DNA of 63,949 bases, counting the filler, from Octopus bimaculoides (taxonomy: Eukaryota), in assembly GCF_001194135.2 (NCBI RefSeq). It is 4 parts of 3 records of this genome, joined end to end, with 100 filler letters (N's around TTAATTAATTAA, not from the genome) between each part and the next. Parts side by side here need not be neighbours in the genome. Positions count along the whole stretch, not along the records: positions 1 to 23,424 come from NC_068981.1; positions 23,525 to 44,726 come from NC_068981.1; 2 more parts are not named here. The stretch is one strand, 5' to 3'. This document shows positions 14,171-28,476 of the stretch, piece after piece. Both the position numbers and the translations under genes were made by a program. Each line of letters opens with the position of its first letter. The first letter of the stretch is position 1. Under the pieces are notes generated by a model, which did no database searches, was not told the DNA's origin, and worked only from the letters and a program-made list of their open reading frames with translations.

Positions 14171-15929
14171 AAAGGAATAACAAATTATATATAGAGAGAG
14201 ATTGAGAGAGAGTGGGAAAAAGAGAGAGAGGAGGGGAGAATGAGAAAATGAAATGGCTGTATAACGTAATGATCACGGAACCCTGTAGGAAATGTTATGT
14301 ATATATGTCGGCCAGGTTGCTGACAAGACAGGAACAAAACTGTTTTACTTTTTTGTACACTGTTCCATGAAAACAATTCAATGAAACACAGTAGACCATA
14401 AGACAATAAATTTTATTTCGCGTTCTGAAACATTGAGCATAGTAAAGACTACTCTTCTCTCCCTGGATATGATACTGGTGTATAAAAGGTTTTTTTTTTT
14501 TCACCACAGAGGAACCTATTCATGTAATACCAAATGGCTAATAAAAACAGGGCAAGTAGAATAAAATATCTTGTGTATAGATTCAATATAATGCTTGCAG
14601 AGATCTGTTCAATCCCATTTGAATTAATTACAATTTATCATCATCACTTTCTCTAACACTGTAATTTTCCAAACTAAAAAAAAGAAAAAAAAATCTAGAA
14701 AATGGGCAAAGAAATATAAGAACAATCTGTTTGCGTTGAAAGTGTATCAGATTTCCGAACGGATTGATGATGGTTTCGAGCTTGTGACTTTTAGCTGGCG
14801 ACTGCCAAGAAAAACATGAATGATTAACGAAAGAAGTATCACTTTCGTACATAAAATATATTACTTCGCAGATCAATTATCTTGTTTGTTTTCTTTCCAT
14901 TTGTGTGTGTGTGTGTGTGTGTGTGTGTATAAATCCGTCAGCGCGTACGTTTGTGTTTTTCGCGTTATTAGGTTTTATTACAGTTTAACGAATGTATATT
15001 AGTGCGTATGTGTAAATTTGTGTGTGGCTATATTTGATACATGCGTGAGTAGAGATAGAATACATTGATAGCAAGATAAATTGAATTACATATATTGATA
15101 TATGTATGTATATATAAATATATGTACATAAATATATATACACATATATCTTTCTCCCCCTCCCCCTCCTCTCTCTCTATATCTATATATATTTACACAC
15201 ACACACACACACATACACACACATACACACACACATATGGGTGTGTGTAGGACAGAACGAGGAAGAACATGAGGTAAAAATATATAAATATAAATAAATA
15301 TGAAGGTAGATATATGAAATACGAGGTAGAAAAAGCATTAAACAAAGCAACAAGAAAGTACGAATGTGTACAATGAAAAATTCTCCAACGTAAAGAATAG
15401 AAGATGATCTACTGGAGCATGTTATCCCCTATGTCAAAGAGAATTTAACGCAGGAAGAGCTGTAAGAGGAAAAGACGGAAATGACACTGAATGTGTGACG
15501 TCTTTTTATTCTGCAGGCTTAGTGCGGATAGGAAATTGCAGAGTAAGATAATGAGATCAGATGTGAAGACACAAATCAGATCATTGAGAGAGTAAATAGG
15601 GAGAGGGAAAATTCAAAAGAGCGAGAAAGTCTGCATGTGTGTATAGTATAAAAATTATAAATAACACGAAGACGAGGTAAAAAGTAACAAACAGATTGTG
15701 TTAGGTTCATTTTCAGGAAAATAGACTAGGAAAGAAAAATAATGAATGAAAAAAAGAAATGTGTCTTAATCTATACTTACATACATAGACACACACATAT
15801 TTCTGCGTGTGTGCGTGGGGGGGGGACGTTTGTATTTATATTTGAACGTATGTATGTATTTATGTATGTATGTATGTATGTATGGATGGATGTATGTATG
15901 TATGTAAGTGTACATGATGTAGGTACATG

Positions 15930-16110
15930 TGTATGGTCAACGAAGACTTCGGTATGGGAGAGAATATAGTCAAAACAAATGGAGTACCTGAACAATTGGT
16001 GAATGTAACAAGAAGCTGCTTTGACGCTAGAGATCGAGAGCACAAGGGAGCATTAGGAAGTGAAGACGTTCCGAAATACACTCCAAAGCATTTAGCTGTC
16101 ATACAAATTG
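15930..16110 (+). mobile_element. RTE-like RT fragment
   Basis: ...GVPEQLVNVTRSCF... resembles the RTE GVPE.LV segment; short and degraded. Confidence 0.45.
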
Positions 16111-16223
16111 CTTGCAGAAATATAGTTATGAGGGTGACAGAGCCTGAAATTTACGTTAATCGTGAAGACAACTGACTCTTTCATTAGCGTATCTTCTTAC
16201 AGAATAGGAATACATAACTTCAG

Positions 16224-16740
<517 letters not shown>

Positions 16741-17829
16741 TCTGGAACAAAAAGAAAAACAAAAAAAAGTGAAAAAATATCAGCAGCTATGGAGGCGCTA
16801 TTTGATAGCTCAGCCTACTTGATATAGCAACTCAATCTGTCTCGAATTTTATGATACAGTTTTAAAGAAACGAGAGATGATAAACAACTGAAAATTTCCA
16901 GAACAAAAAGCATTATCCAGATGCATGTATGTGTATATATTAGTATGTGAAAATTACAACAGAGTCATATTTGAAAATTGCAGAAAGTGAAAGAACGGTC
17001 TGAGCATAGCATAGACTATATCTATGAGAAAGTTTTTTACAAGGATACCCTCAAGTGCATTCTTGAATTTGTAGCTTTGAGTGAGGCAACACCGAGAATT
17101 TTGAAATGTTTGAGACATGTACTATATTAATCACTAATAATTTCGTACATACAAACAAAATTAGGAAACACACATTTCCATTAGAAGACATTTTATTCAT
17201 TCCTCACTCTCTGACGCTAATACTTTTAATTATAATCCTAAACGAGACGGTATGACACAAAAACTATGGAAAGACAACGTACGTCTTCTATACATGGATA
17301 ACCTTCAATTTTACACTTTTACGACAAAAACAGGACATAATGTCATACACAAACTCAGAAGAAAACTTTACATGAAAATTGATTTCGCGAGATTACCAAG
17401 CCAAACCCGAAAAGATTTAAATTCATAAATGTCTCTGATATCGTGTTAAATTCAATGAAGAACCAGATTAGAGAATTATGCCAAGTACAGACATACAAAC
17501 ACGAATGAATATACACAATCCGCACACACATACAAACAGACACACACAAACACACGCACACAATTGAAAGAATAGTTTTGGGAGAAACGTTATGAAAGCA
17601 TTACTTTAATACTAAAAGCAGAGCTAAAATCCTGATATATATCAATGTTCTAAGTGTTCCATCTATAGTTAAAATATTCTCACTAGCAAGCTAATTAAAT
17701 TAGAAAGACTGCATACGAAAACACGAAAACGTTTCCCTGTATTTTGAATTCACCAACTAGTTATTATGAAAGGATTGTCTGTAAAGAGAGTGTTATGAGT
17801 CATCTACTGTAGAATGAAAATTATATCTA

Positions 17830-18690
17830 GCATAGAAAAAAGGATACATTATTACAAATACCCACAAAACATGAACAAATTGAAATCAAAACCTGTTTTC
17901 TGTCTTCAAGGAAGTCAACAAATGTAAATGTGAGTTTAAGATACCAGATAGCTCTGATAAGGATATGTACACAACAGAAATTTTTAAAAAGTAATAACAA
18001 ACTTAAGAATTGGGTTTTAAAATGCCATGCTAAGAGGTTAGATAGCAAAGACACCACATGGCTAGTTATTGACAGGATTGTAGGAAGCATAAAAGAAATT
18101 AGCCGTGACTGGTAAGCGCTGGAGTCACAAAGTCATCTTAAAACAATAGCAGATGCCAAAACAAATAACGTACCTGAATAGAAAACGTAACTGTAGAATA
18201 TGTGGAAGTTCAAATGAAATAAACATGTACTGTTTCTAGCTGTCCAGTCATCCTCAACAGAGAATATATATCCAAACATGCCAGAGATTAAGCTTATAGA
18301 AATTGGAAATTATGCCAGTTTTATGCAATACCAAACCAATACCAAAGCAACAGATTTCAAATATTGACAAAAGTAATTAAAATCAGAGAAATACCAATTA
18401 AAGAATGGAGATTAAGGAGATAAAAGATAGTCAGGAAAATTGTCTCTTAATGTATCAATTCCAACAAATGACGGTGTATTTATAAAACAAATACAAAAAC
18501 TATAAAAATAGAAAGGTCTGTTAATAGAGAGAATTAGAATGTGAGGATTAAAGGCACAAATAATCTCCATAATAACAGGCGCTTTCAAAATGGCAAGATG
18601 CATATAAATGCATAGACGTTGCCTTTTGGCTGACAGACATACACAGCATACAAAGAATAGCAGTAATACATTCAATGCAATAGAAAAATC
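17830..18690 (+). mobile_element. Old, heavily mutated RLE-type (R4/Dong-like) LINE C-terminus
   Basis: Frame-broken remnants CRICGSSNE, EYISKHARD, WKLCQFY and IITGAFKM parallel the better-preserved copy at 22329-22960. Confidence 0.6.
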
Positions 18691-19264
18691 ACAAAACCAA
18701 ACAAAATACTGTACGCATTCACCTAAGGCACAATTTGCTGCACTCAGCTGAGCATTGGAAACGCAATTGATATAAAAGTTTAATAAACTAGTCAGGATCT
18801 CCAGTTATTCATATGTCTGTATGTAAACTCTTTTGTTTACTATATGGAAGCAGTAAATGTTCAGAGGACTAATAATAGGGGAGCATAATCTTTATAGGAT
18901 TTGGATGAACAAAGTCAGTTGTTTTCTCATTAAAAAAATTGTATATGCAACATTTTCACACGGTACAACGTTTCTCTACTAGATTTGCAGCCAAGGTTGT
19001 AGGGCTATTTTACAGTCATTTCATGTCTGCTTTTCACTATCCTCCATCACAGGCATTCTCCATAGTCATGGGCGACTGAAAGATGCCACCTATGAAATGC
19101 AATATCTTTTTATACGAATGTCTAGCTAACGATAGTGCACAATAGTCGGCATACAACTAATTCATAAAATGTGTGTAGTTAAACGATTTACAGCGTAATA
19201 TATATGGAGGGGTATTAAAAATAATTGCTTAATACTAATTTCAATATTTTTGATGTATAGATTG

Positions 19265-19301
19265 TGCAGTGTTCAGACACACACACAGACACACACACAC
19301 A

Positions 19302-19392
<91 letters not shown>
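19265..19392. repeat. Long (CA)n microsatellite
   Basis: Read directly. Confidence 0.95.
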
Positions 19393-19394
<2 letters not shown>

Positions 19395-20459
19395 TATAGA
19401 TGAAAAATAAAGAACATGATTTCTTAATTCATTCCTATAATGTGATCACTGTTTATTCTTCTTTCCACGAAATATTACTTTCTGGTAGCTCCTCCCTCTT
19501 CATGTCTTCTCTATCAATGGTGACATGTAAAATATCAAGAGGAACATTAAGGGCATCAATTTCCCATGATGCTATTAGATGTGAATGATTGTATAAGAAC
19601 GCTTTTCACTAACTATATTTAAGCTCCTACAGGTGGTATTAGATAAGGATGCCACTCAAAAACAGGCTCTCAAACTAAATATTCGCCAAAAGCCTATCGA
19701 AATATTTTTAGAGCATCAGAAATAGATATTACTGAGCTCCGTACAAAATTTGATTTGAAAAAGTTGCTCGAATTTGCCAGCTATCGTAAGAAGAACCGCT
19801 TTAAGACATAGTTTCCTAACATTTCATAATAAATGAGGATTGTGTAGATAGCATAAAGCCTATTTGTAGATTGACTCAGTTGACTGGCTATCAATTATCG
19901 TCAGCTGTGCACTAATTGCCGTTGAACAGTACGAGCATAACATGTGCAGTCCAGAATCTTTCTGATAGTGTCATATATAATCAGTAACGGCCGAATCAAT
20001 TGGGTACTGGACAACAGGCCATAAATTAAATCAACTATATTTATTCTCATTGTATAACTGTCTTGTATCTGCTTTCAAATAGTCCTGTTCAATTTAATTT
20101 CATGAACCATGTGCTGGAAGTTGGCACATTATACACGACATATCTAATTGTAAAAACTCTTAGTTGTTAATTTCTTATGTAGGAAATTTCCATACATATA
20201 TATTTAACAAACACTCTTATGTATATACAAACATGCAATATTTACATATACACACATGTATGTGTTTATATGTGTGTAACAAATCCTTGTTGAGTTACAA
20301 GTCCTTGAAGCAGCATGACGAAATTCTGAAATGTTTTATAGAGATGACTAACAAAATTTTGTTACTGAATTTCTAGATTAATAATAATAATAAATACTAT
20401 GAAATAGTTGATCTATGATTTAATTTACTACTATGCACCCCAACCCCAAAAAATATGTA

Positions 20460-20618
20460 GGAGCGGCTGTGTGGTAAGTAGCTTGCTTACCAACCACATG
20501 GTTCCGGGTTCAGTCCCACTGCGTGGCACCTTGGCCAAGTGTCTTCTGCTATAGCCTCAGACCGACCAAAGCCTTGTGAGTAGATTTGGTAGATGGAAAC
20601 GGAAAGAAACCCGTCGTA

Positions 20619-20667
<49 letters not shown>

Positions 20668-20878
20668 GTTGTGTATCTGTGTTTGTCCCCACATCATCGC
20701 TTGACAACCGATGCTGGTGTGTTTAGGTCCCCGTAACTTAGTGGCTCAGCATAAGAAACCGATAGAATAAGTACTAGGCTTACAAAGAATAAGTCCAGGA
20801 GTCGATTTGATTCGACTAAAGGCAGTGCTCCAACCTGGCCGCAGTCAAATGACTGAAACAAGTAAAGTAAAAAAAAAA
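20460..20878 (+). mobile_element. Full-length SINE family A
   Basis: Head ggagcggctgtgtggtaagtagc...gggttcagtccc, internal TA/TG repeat, tail hairpin cagtc-aaat-gactg at 20842-20855. Confidence 0.9.
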
Positions 20879-21419
20879 GTAACAAGAGTAAGCTCATAGT
20901 GTAAATACTCAACAATATGAACAAAACTCACATGTGTCATAGAAGGCCCATTCCCGACAGAAGAACGCAGCCTGCGCTACACAAACAACACACAATACAA
21001 AAGCTAATACAAACTAAACCCATATCAAACATAATGACACACTACAATATCCTCCCCTTCCGCAAAAATGCAGCACAGGCCACCTTACCAGAACAATGGT
21101 TCAACAAATGTTGCAAAAGAAAGTTTCTTGAAGCTTTCAGATACCGAAAAATAACTGCGGTGATGACAATGGTGAAGAAAGTTACCTTACTTCAATTTAT
21201 GAGAGACAGGAGTTTCCGAAGAAACTCTGGTGTAACAGCAAAAATGAAGCTGTGCCATTAAGGGAAGGCCTCTTGCTCGGCAGTGGTTCAGTAATGATGC
21301 AGAATGACCACAGCAGTTATTCTAATACAGCATCAGCAGATAACAGAGCAAGGAGGAGGTAGTGGACCAGCGAAGGAAACAGGATAGTGGTATAGTGCTA
21401 CTTAGGAAGTGAACCTAAA

Positions 21420-21620
21420 AGAAGGTGCTATAGAAAACGGATGTTAACACTTTGACTAGAGAATGATATGTTTAAAGTGACTGAGCAGTGATTAGTTGAT
21501 AAAACTGATATTAGTAGAAGAAAGAGGATGACAGAATTTGAGGTAGAAGAGATCAAAAGAGAACTGGAAAAGAAGGACAAGCAGTAGGAAAGACAAACAA
21601 CAACATAAGAGATACAGTTC
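21420..21620 (+). mobile_element. N-terminal fragment of R4/Dong-like ORF
   Basis: MFKVTEQ*LVDK...RKRMTEFEVEEIKRELEK resembles the recalled 'TEQRLxDQ...LEIEEI' N-terminal block of R4-clade elements. Confidence 0.55.
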
Positions 21621-21649
21621 AAATTAAAGAAGAATCTAAAGGAAAAAAA

Positions 21650-21885
21650 TAATAATTGCGCTAACAGTAAGAGGCACCAGCGTCTGAAAATACTATGTAA
21701 TCTCAGATTTTAAAACAAACTTATAAATTTCTTGTTTTCTTAAACATTGTCTAGAACAAAAATATATGGCAACCTAGTTCTAACACCGACTTGAACTTCT
21801 CACTGGTTGTCTCTTGAGGTCTCTGGATGAGACTTGGAGTCAACTTGTACAAATAAAAAGCAAAAGTCAACCATATCATAAAAAC

Positions 21886-21929
<44 letters not shown>

Positions 21930-21938
21930 AATAATAAC

Positions 21939-21996
<58 letters not shown>
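21650..21996 (+). mobile_element. R4/Dong-like 3'UTR (type A) ending in (AAC)n(AAT)n
   Basis: Clearly homologous to 22960-23158 (ttgtctcttgaggtctctgg.tgagacttgga.tcaacttgtacaaata.aagcaaaagt). Confidence 0.8.
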
Positions 21997-21997
<1 letters not shown>

Positions 21998-22294
21998 GCA
22001 GTTGTGGTCGATGAAAAAGGTGGTAATAGTACCAATAGTTGTCGGAGCCCCGGGAACAGTGAGTAAAAATCTTAAGTACATGGAACAAATAGGGGTTGCA
22101 ATAAGGGTGGAACACCTGAAGAATCACTTTGCTTGGAACCGCTCGAATACTCCGGATGGTGCACGAAAAATGTGGGGGTGTTACCTTAGTTCACTGGTAG
22201 TGAACAGATAACACCATAGTACATCTCCAGTGCTAGAAGCTGTGCAAAGACAATAAAGAATAATAATAATAATATTAACAACAACAACAGCAAC

Positions 22295-22328
<34 letters not shown>
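21997..22328 (+). mobile_element. 5'-truncated RLE LINE (type B 3' end) ending in (AAT)n
   Basis: LWSMKKVVIVPIVVGAPGTVSKNL..YMEQIGVAIRVEHL is the RLE C-terminus. A distinct 3'UTR ends in AATAAA then (AAT)n. Confidence 0.85.
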
Positions 22329-23155
22329 GAGTTTATCATAGCAGCCCAAGATCAAACTACCAGGCCAACATATTAAAGAACGGCAGCTGCCCAACATGTC
22401 GTGTATGTCAACAACAAAATGAGACCATCGATCATGTTGTCTCCATGTGCAGTCTGCTTGCGCCTACAGAGTATCTCAACAGGCATGATAGAGCAGTACA
22501 ATATATTCACTGGGTAATTTGCATAATCCTGGAACTGCCCCATGATAAAAAACTAGTAGGAACACAAACCACCTCCAGTGCTTGAAAATGATCACATCTC
22601 ACTCCTCTGGAACTTCACCATTCAAACTGACAGAAACATAGATGCAAATAGGTCAGACATTATATTGAAAGGCTTCAGGCAACAATCATGCCTCCTCATT
22701 AATATGACTGTCCCAATCGACGTAAATGTATCTGTCAAGACCTACCAAAAACTGAGCCACTATAAAGATCTTGAAATAGAAATTGGCAAAATGTGGAACC
22801 TCAAGACTTAAACAATACCTGTTGTCACAGGTGCCCTAGGAATGATAGGAAAAGGAGCTGATTGCTACCTAGCTCAGATACCAAGAAACCCCAAAATGGC
22901 AGAAATTCAAAAGATAGTGCTCATGGGAACTGTCCATATTCTACGTAAAATACTGTCTTTGAAATCTCAAATTTTAAAACAAACTCATAATTTTCTAATG
23001 TTTTCTTAAACATTCTAGAGAACAATAACTATCTGCAAAACCAAATATCTGACACCCTAGGCATAAAACCAATATAAACTTCTAGCTTGTTGTCTCTTGA
23101 GGTCTCTGGGTGAGACTTGGAATCAACTTGTACAAATACAAAGCAAAAGTGAAAC

Positions 23156-23207
<52 letters not shown>
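22329..23207 (+). mobile_element. 5'-truncated R4/Dong-like LINE: CCHC finger, restriction-like endonuclease, 3'UTR and (AAT)n
   Basis: FIIAAQDQ; C-x2-C-x8-H-x4-C (CRVCQQQNETIDHVVSMC, from 22397); YLNRHD; LLWNFTIQTD; NRSDIIL...LINMTVP (degenerate PD..D); KLSHYKDL; IPVVTGALG. Confidence 0.92.
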
Positions 23208-23208
<1 letters not shown>

Positions 23209-23527
23209 TAGCACCGGGCTGAATAACAACATGGATGTGCTACACCGGGCTCCCTATACAAAAACATATCTAATCCAATAACATCGATGGAATTAGCCAA
23301 AAGAACCGGTGGAAGATTTGAAGGAAGCGGTCTTTTAACGAAGATAATTTTTTTAAGAATATTTTTTATTCTTAAAAAATGAAATTTCACTGCAATACAA
23401 AGCACAGGACCTCCTATGCACGATNNNNNNNNNNNNNNNNNNNNNNNNNNNNNNNNNNNNNNNNNNNNTTAATTAATTAANNNNNNNNNNNNNNNNNNNN
23501 NNNNNNNNNNNNNNNNNNNNNNNNGAG

Positions 23528-23805
23528 TGTTATGTTTCCCTCGGACTGACTCGCAGAGATAACATAACGAGTTATACAATTTAATTATTACATTTATTGT
23601 TCAATTACATACAAAGAACGCACTCACCCAATGTTCGTTATGAATAAACAAAAGTCATGTCCGCCATATATATATCAATGACATTTTACTACGACAGTCC
23701 CACAAGACAACAACAATGAAACAATGAACTCAGACGAATTACATATCTAACAGTCCATATAACAGTGAGTGTCTCTGATAATAGCCCTTAAGTCTATGCT
23801 ATACA
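23528..23805. mobile_element. Possible solo LTR
   Basis: Begins TGTTATG and ends TATACA (TG...CA); ~280 bp. TSD cannot be read because of the adjacent gap. Confidence 0.3.
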
Positions 23806-23989
23806 ATATGTATCATGAAGAGATATATCTTTTCGCAGAAAGCTGCAGCAACATTGAGTCATTGATGAACGTTTCGTTAGCTTACAATTGTAAAAATCAG
23901 TGATAGTCTGGCTTCTTATACAAGAGCATGTTTCGCCAATACTTAATGCTTTGAAAACCGATTTAAGTTACAGAATATTGACCCTCAAA

Positions 23990-24125
23990 TATTCTTTTCT
24001 ACTCTAGGCACAAGGCCCGAAATTTTGGGGATGGGGGTGAGTCGATTAGATCGATCCCAGTACACAACTGGTACTTAATTTATCGACCCGAAAGGATGAA
24101 AGGCAAAATCGACCTCGGCGATTGA
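23990..24125 (-). mobile_element. SINE family B, 3' part with tail type A
   Basis: ttcttttctactctaggcacaaggcccgaaatttt...gtcgattagatcga...gacctcggcg. Confidence 0.85.
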
Positions 24126-24858
24126 CCCTCAAATATTGATTTTAAGTTTAACACCTCTGGCACGTGGCGTAGATTTACAGAGTCCAGTTCAAGTGAATAG
24201 ACAGAGTAGTCTGGTTTAGTTTTCCATTGCTGAATAGATACGAAGCCTGAGATTTTGAAAATGAGTTGTAATGGGAATTATGACGGTCGTCTTTTCCTTA
24301 AGGTTTTCCAGTAACGTAAGTGAAGTGAAATCGCTTATCAAAAGAGATTCGCCAACACTAATGATACAAGTAGACTAATATATGAAAACAAGATGTGTAG
24401 AAAAGACGGGTTCAAGTTCTGTGCCTATATGAGAAATCCTGTTCCCATCAGCTATATGGAGCCAGATGTTTTCCGAAAAAAAAAACAGAAAAAAAAAGGA
24501 AACTATCTACAGCAGGTTTGAAATCAAAACCTATGGACTCGTGCAATACTTTATTCATTTGGTCAACTGCTTAAGATGATTGCATATCCTACGGCAAAAG
24601 TAGAGGGGTATCAACGGTGAATTGAGAAGTGCATTTGAACCTGTAGAGGGCGGATCTGTGCTGCGAAGAATTGTGAATTTGACTTTATAGATTCATAGGT
24701 AAGAAATTCATATTAAATTTCAGTTTTCGTTCCGAGGTTTAAACTTTTTTTCTCTTTTCATCAACATTTTTAGAAACTTCGTCAGCAGGCGAATCCAAAT
24801 TTCAATGTAGGTGAAATATCGCCACTCTCTACCTTAATACTCTCACAAATATAGTAAA

Positions 24859-24907
<49 letters not shown>

Positions 24908-25769
24908 TGCACTTCGCTATAATTATTTTGTTGTGTAGAAGTTCATATCGACAATAACAGTAGTATAATTTAGGAGCTAATAATATAATAGCATAAAGGA
25001 ATAATTTTGGATAGTGAATGAATAAAAATTTGCCTACAATATGAAACGCGCGCACACATACTTTATCTGTCCATCTATCTATCTATCTATCTATACATAC
25101 ATACAGTAATTTATTCAAGTTTTTATTCAACAAATATATTGTCCATAATTATTCTTTCACATTAGCTATTACATGTGTGTGTGTGAGTGTGCACGCGCGT
25201 GCGCGCCGATGCTAGTACAGTATTCTTTCATTCCTAGTTGCTATCACATTCCGCTGTAACAAACAACCTTTGTTAATCTAAAAATAGCAATTACAGTATT
25301 TCGACTTATTTCTTGGACAGATAAGATTTATAGTCTTCAAATTTTTCTTTACTTTTTATTCAAGTGGGTTTATATTTTTATTTATATATTTCCAGAATCA
25401 TAAGATTTTGTAAGATATATACACCTATTTAGAATGGAATATTGGACTATTGTTGTTTATATTAAGTGAATGTCGAGGTGACGACATGATTTATGACGTC
25501 AAAGCTATTAGTGTGTGCTTAAGTTCAACGTGTGATTCACACTCTAGGTACGGCCTGTGTCAACTTCATTTTGACGGTAGTGCTGTTTAGCCCTACGTCG
25601 ACTCTGTTCGAGCAGACCTTTTAATCAGAGGTGTTCCAAAGTAGAACATCTCGTTTTGTTATATATTTAGGATTATATTACCCAATGTGTATTTCCCCTT
25701 TTAAGATGTCAGGGTGTGGTTTGACTGAAACATGGTAGCAATTATTAGCAGATCGATACACCGGACAAA

Positions 25770-26125
25770 ATACTTGGCAGCATTTCGTACGACTTTACGT
25801 CCTGAGGTGAGATTCCGCTGAGATCAACTTTACCTTTCACCCTTTCGGCGTCGATGAAATAAACACCATTTCAGCACTGGGGCTGATGTGATCGACTAAC
25901 CCCTTCCCCCAAAATTCCAGGTCTTTTACCTACAGTAGAGATTTTTAATAGCAGATCAAGGGCAGTAGATTGGTAGCATCATTAGAACCCCGGACAGAAT
26001 ACCTTGCGATATTTAATGACGACTCTTTACGTTCAGAGTTCAAATCCTATTGAGATTGACTCTTGCCTTTCATCTTTCTGGAGGTCGATAAAATAAGGAC
26101 CAGTCAAGCCCTGGGGTCAATATAA
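25770..26125 (+). mobile_element. Two tandem degenerate family-B SINEs
   Basis: The core tttcaycyttt...gtcgatraaata occurs twice (~25835 and ~26070). Confidence 0.7.
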
Positions 26126-28087
26126 TCTACTAAAGGAAGCGGTGAATTTTGGGAGCATGGCACACTTTATGTGTATTGTTTTTCGTAAGGTGGGGGTACC
26201 ATCTTGGGTAGCGCAAGTTCAAGCTACACCACTGCTCTCGCCTCAAAAGAAAGAAGAAAGAAATTGAGGTTTTTCACTCGTGGAAAAAAACATCATTAGC
26301 TGATCAAGCGACTGTGTAGATGCAGGTGTGATAAAATTTCACCTGCATTTTAATATGAAATCAATCGCTGACGCAGTTTCTAAAACTTTCACTCACACAC
26401 ACACGCTCAAACGCACACACAAACACACACACAAATAATGTATACCTTAACATGAAAAACCAAAGCAATACATTTAATAACCTATGAATTAAAGTTACAT
26501 TTTCCCCCCTCCTTAGCACAGATGCATCGCAAAGGTTCTTAAACACTTGCCATTCGTCCTTGACACTAAAAATATTCTCTACCTAAAGGTTGGGAACTAC
26601 TTTAGAATCTAGAGACTCCCTCATTGGTTCGCTATTGTTAGGTACAAAAGATTGCTCACGACAACGGATCGAGCTGTAACACAATTAAATTAACACCTAG
26701 CAGCTGTGTCTCTTGTCTCATCTGTAGCAATCACAGAAAACTAGAAGTTATTTCTACCACTCTCAAAACTTTGAACTAAAATATCACATTATCTTCGCTT
26801 GTTTTTAAGATGGTAAGGCGTAGTTGAAAGACAATGAGGCTGTAATTCTTAGCTGATCGAGCAACGACGTAGAAATTGCCTCGTTGGTTCGTATATATCT
26901 CAGGAAAGCAAAATGTAAATGCGGGAGGATTTCATATACATAATTAATATTTAGAAAAACTTCGGTTAATTGAAATTATCAAAACAACTGGGAATTCAAA
27001 AATTCACTACAGGCAGTTGATCTGTTCTTTGAAATCAATTGTGTAACACGTTAATATAACACGTAATGTAACACGTAAATGTTAATGAGTTAAGTTCTGA
27101 ACGAACTAGATCTACGACCCGGTTTTGCTTAGTTTCAAACTATTTTACATTCTTCGCTAATGTCTTTGAAGAAATCATGAACTGCCACTTACACTGTTTC
27201 TACACGTGCTAAATCATTTTGGGCACGATACGTACTTAGAGCAGGCAAGGTGAAACCGCTTCAGTATCAAGACATGGAGGGGAGAGAGAGAGATACTATG
27301 CTTGTATTGCCACAGTGTAAGCAGCGAGTGGAGATGAACTTGCCAAATAAATAAGGTATTGCACAACAATTTCATAGGTTTTTATTTCAAATCTGCTGCA
27401 GGTATTTCGTTGTGTGCGTGTGTTTTGTTGTTGCTTGTTTTATGGGAATATATTTCCGTCTGAAACAGTATAATGGTTAAAAGGTACGAACAGAAGCAGA
27501 TATGTTATTTTAAGAGAACATTTACTAGCATACCGTTACTTTTATATTTGCGGTATGGAATTAGATGTTTGAAATAAGATAATAGCTTAAAGACTTAAAA
27601 TTCTTTTCTAGGATTAACTACAATTGTTTTTTCATTTATTTTTTATATATATTTATAACATTTAAATTTTTGATCGACGATGCAATTTTTAAAGGCAGTT
27701 GCAAACTTTATCATTTTATATCATTCACTGTTATTTTTCACAATTATCTAAATTAGTTCTAACAATTGTTAAACTGAATTTTGTAAGGCATAAATTTTGG
27801 TCTTGAGTGAAACAAGAAATCTTACAATTCAGGTTTAATTTTTGGGGGGTACATGCAACCCCTGCGTTACGGGTACCTCAGGTTACGGACGCCATGCTTA
27901 TGAAAATGAAACTATGGCCCCTATTTTCGAGATACCGTCTGTAATTTCGTTCTTATGGAAATTCAGATCAGTATTAAGAATATAAGTACTACACCTTAAC
28001 TAAAAGGCCGCTTCTGTGTTTTAGCTAAGATCAGAGTAGTAAACAATTTGAAAAACTATACTCGTATAGCTTTAGTTAAGCTACACA

Positions 28088-28291
28088 CAAAAAATTAATG
28101 AAACCCAGAATGTGTTAGTGAAAGATTTATTTAGTTGAACACATGAGGGTGACAGCCGCCAATCAACTCCTGCTTCGTAGAAGCCTGCTTAATCGGAAGT
28201 CAACTTCGCTGCAGACCAGCTCCCTAGCTAGCCCGCAGCGAAGTTCCTGTCTACAGTCCGTCTGTCATAAATCCTTGAGCAGTGCCCAACA
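28088..28291 (-). repeat. 3' LTR
   Basis: Direct repeat of 30668-30864. Starts TGTTGGGC on the minus strand, preceded by the PPT-like gggtaggag. Confidence 0.88.
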
Positions 28292-28476
28292 TATAGCTCC
28301 TACCCAGAACTGTTGACTGTCACTGGAACCGGGAAGGCGTTTTAACTGCCCTGTCCGTGCGTGTAGTTACTTGGCTTTTTGGTGACTTCCTAACCAAAGG
28401 TTGGTGTGATTTGTCCCTTGTTTGGTGGTTGAGTCGTGTATCACGTCGAACGAACACGAAGTTAGCCGAGCGGAGG

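Noticed and set aside
14700-14810. Plus frame KWAKKYKNNLFALKV (P450-like) and minus acceptor at 14801 (SPAKSHKLETIINPFG...)
   Set aside because: Plus has no usable acceptor; minus has no convincing donor. Cannot be supported as an exon.
23469-23480. TTAATTAATTAA island inside N runs (also 44771-44782 and 62227-62238)
   Set aside because: An identical 12-mer with stops in all frames, centred in ~100-N gaps; a scaffolding spacer, not biology.
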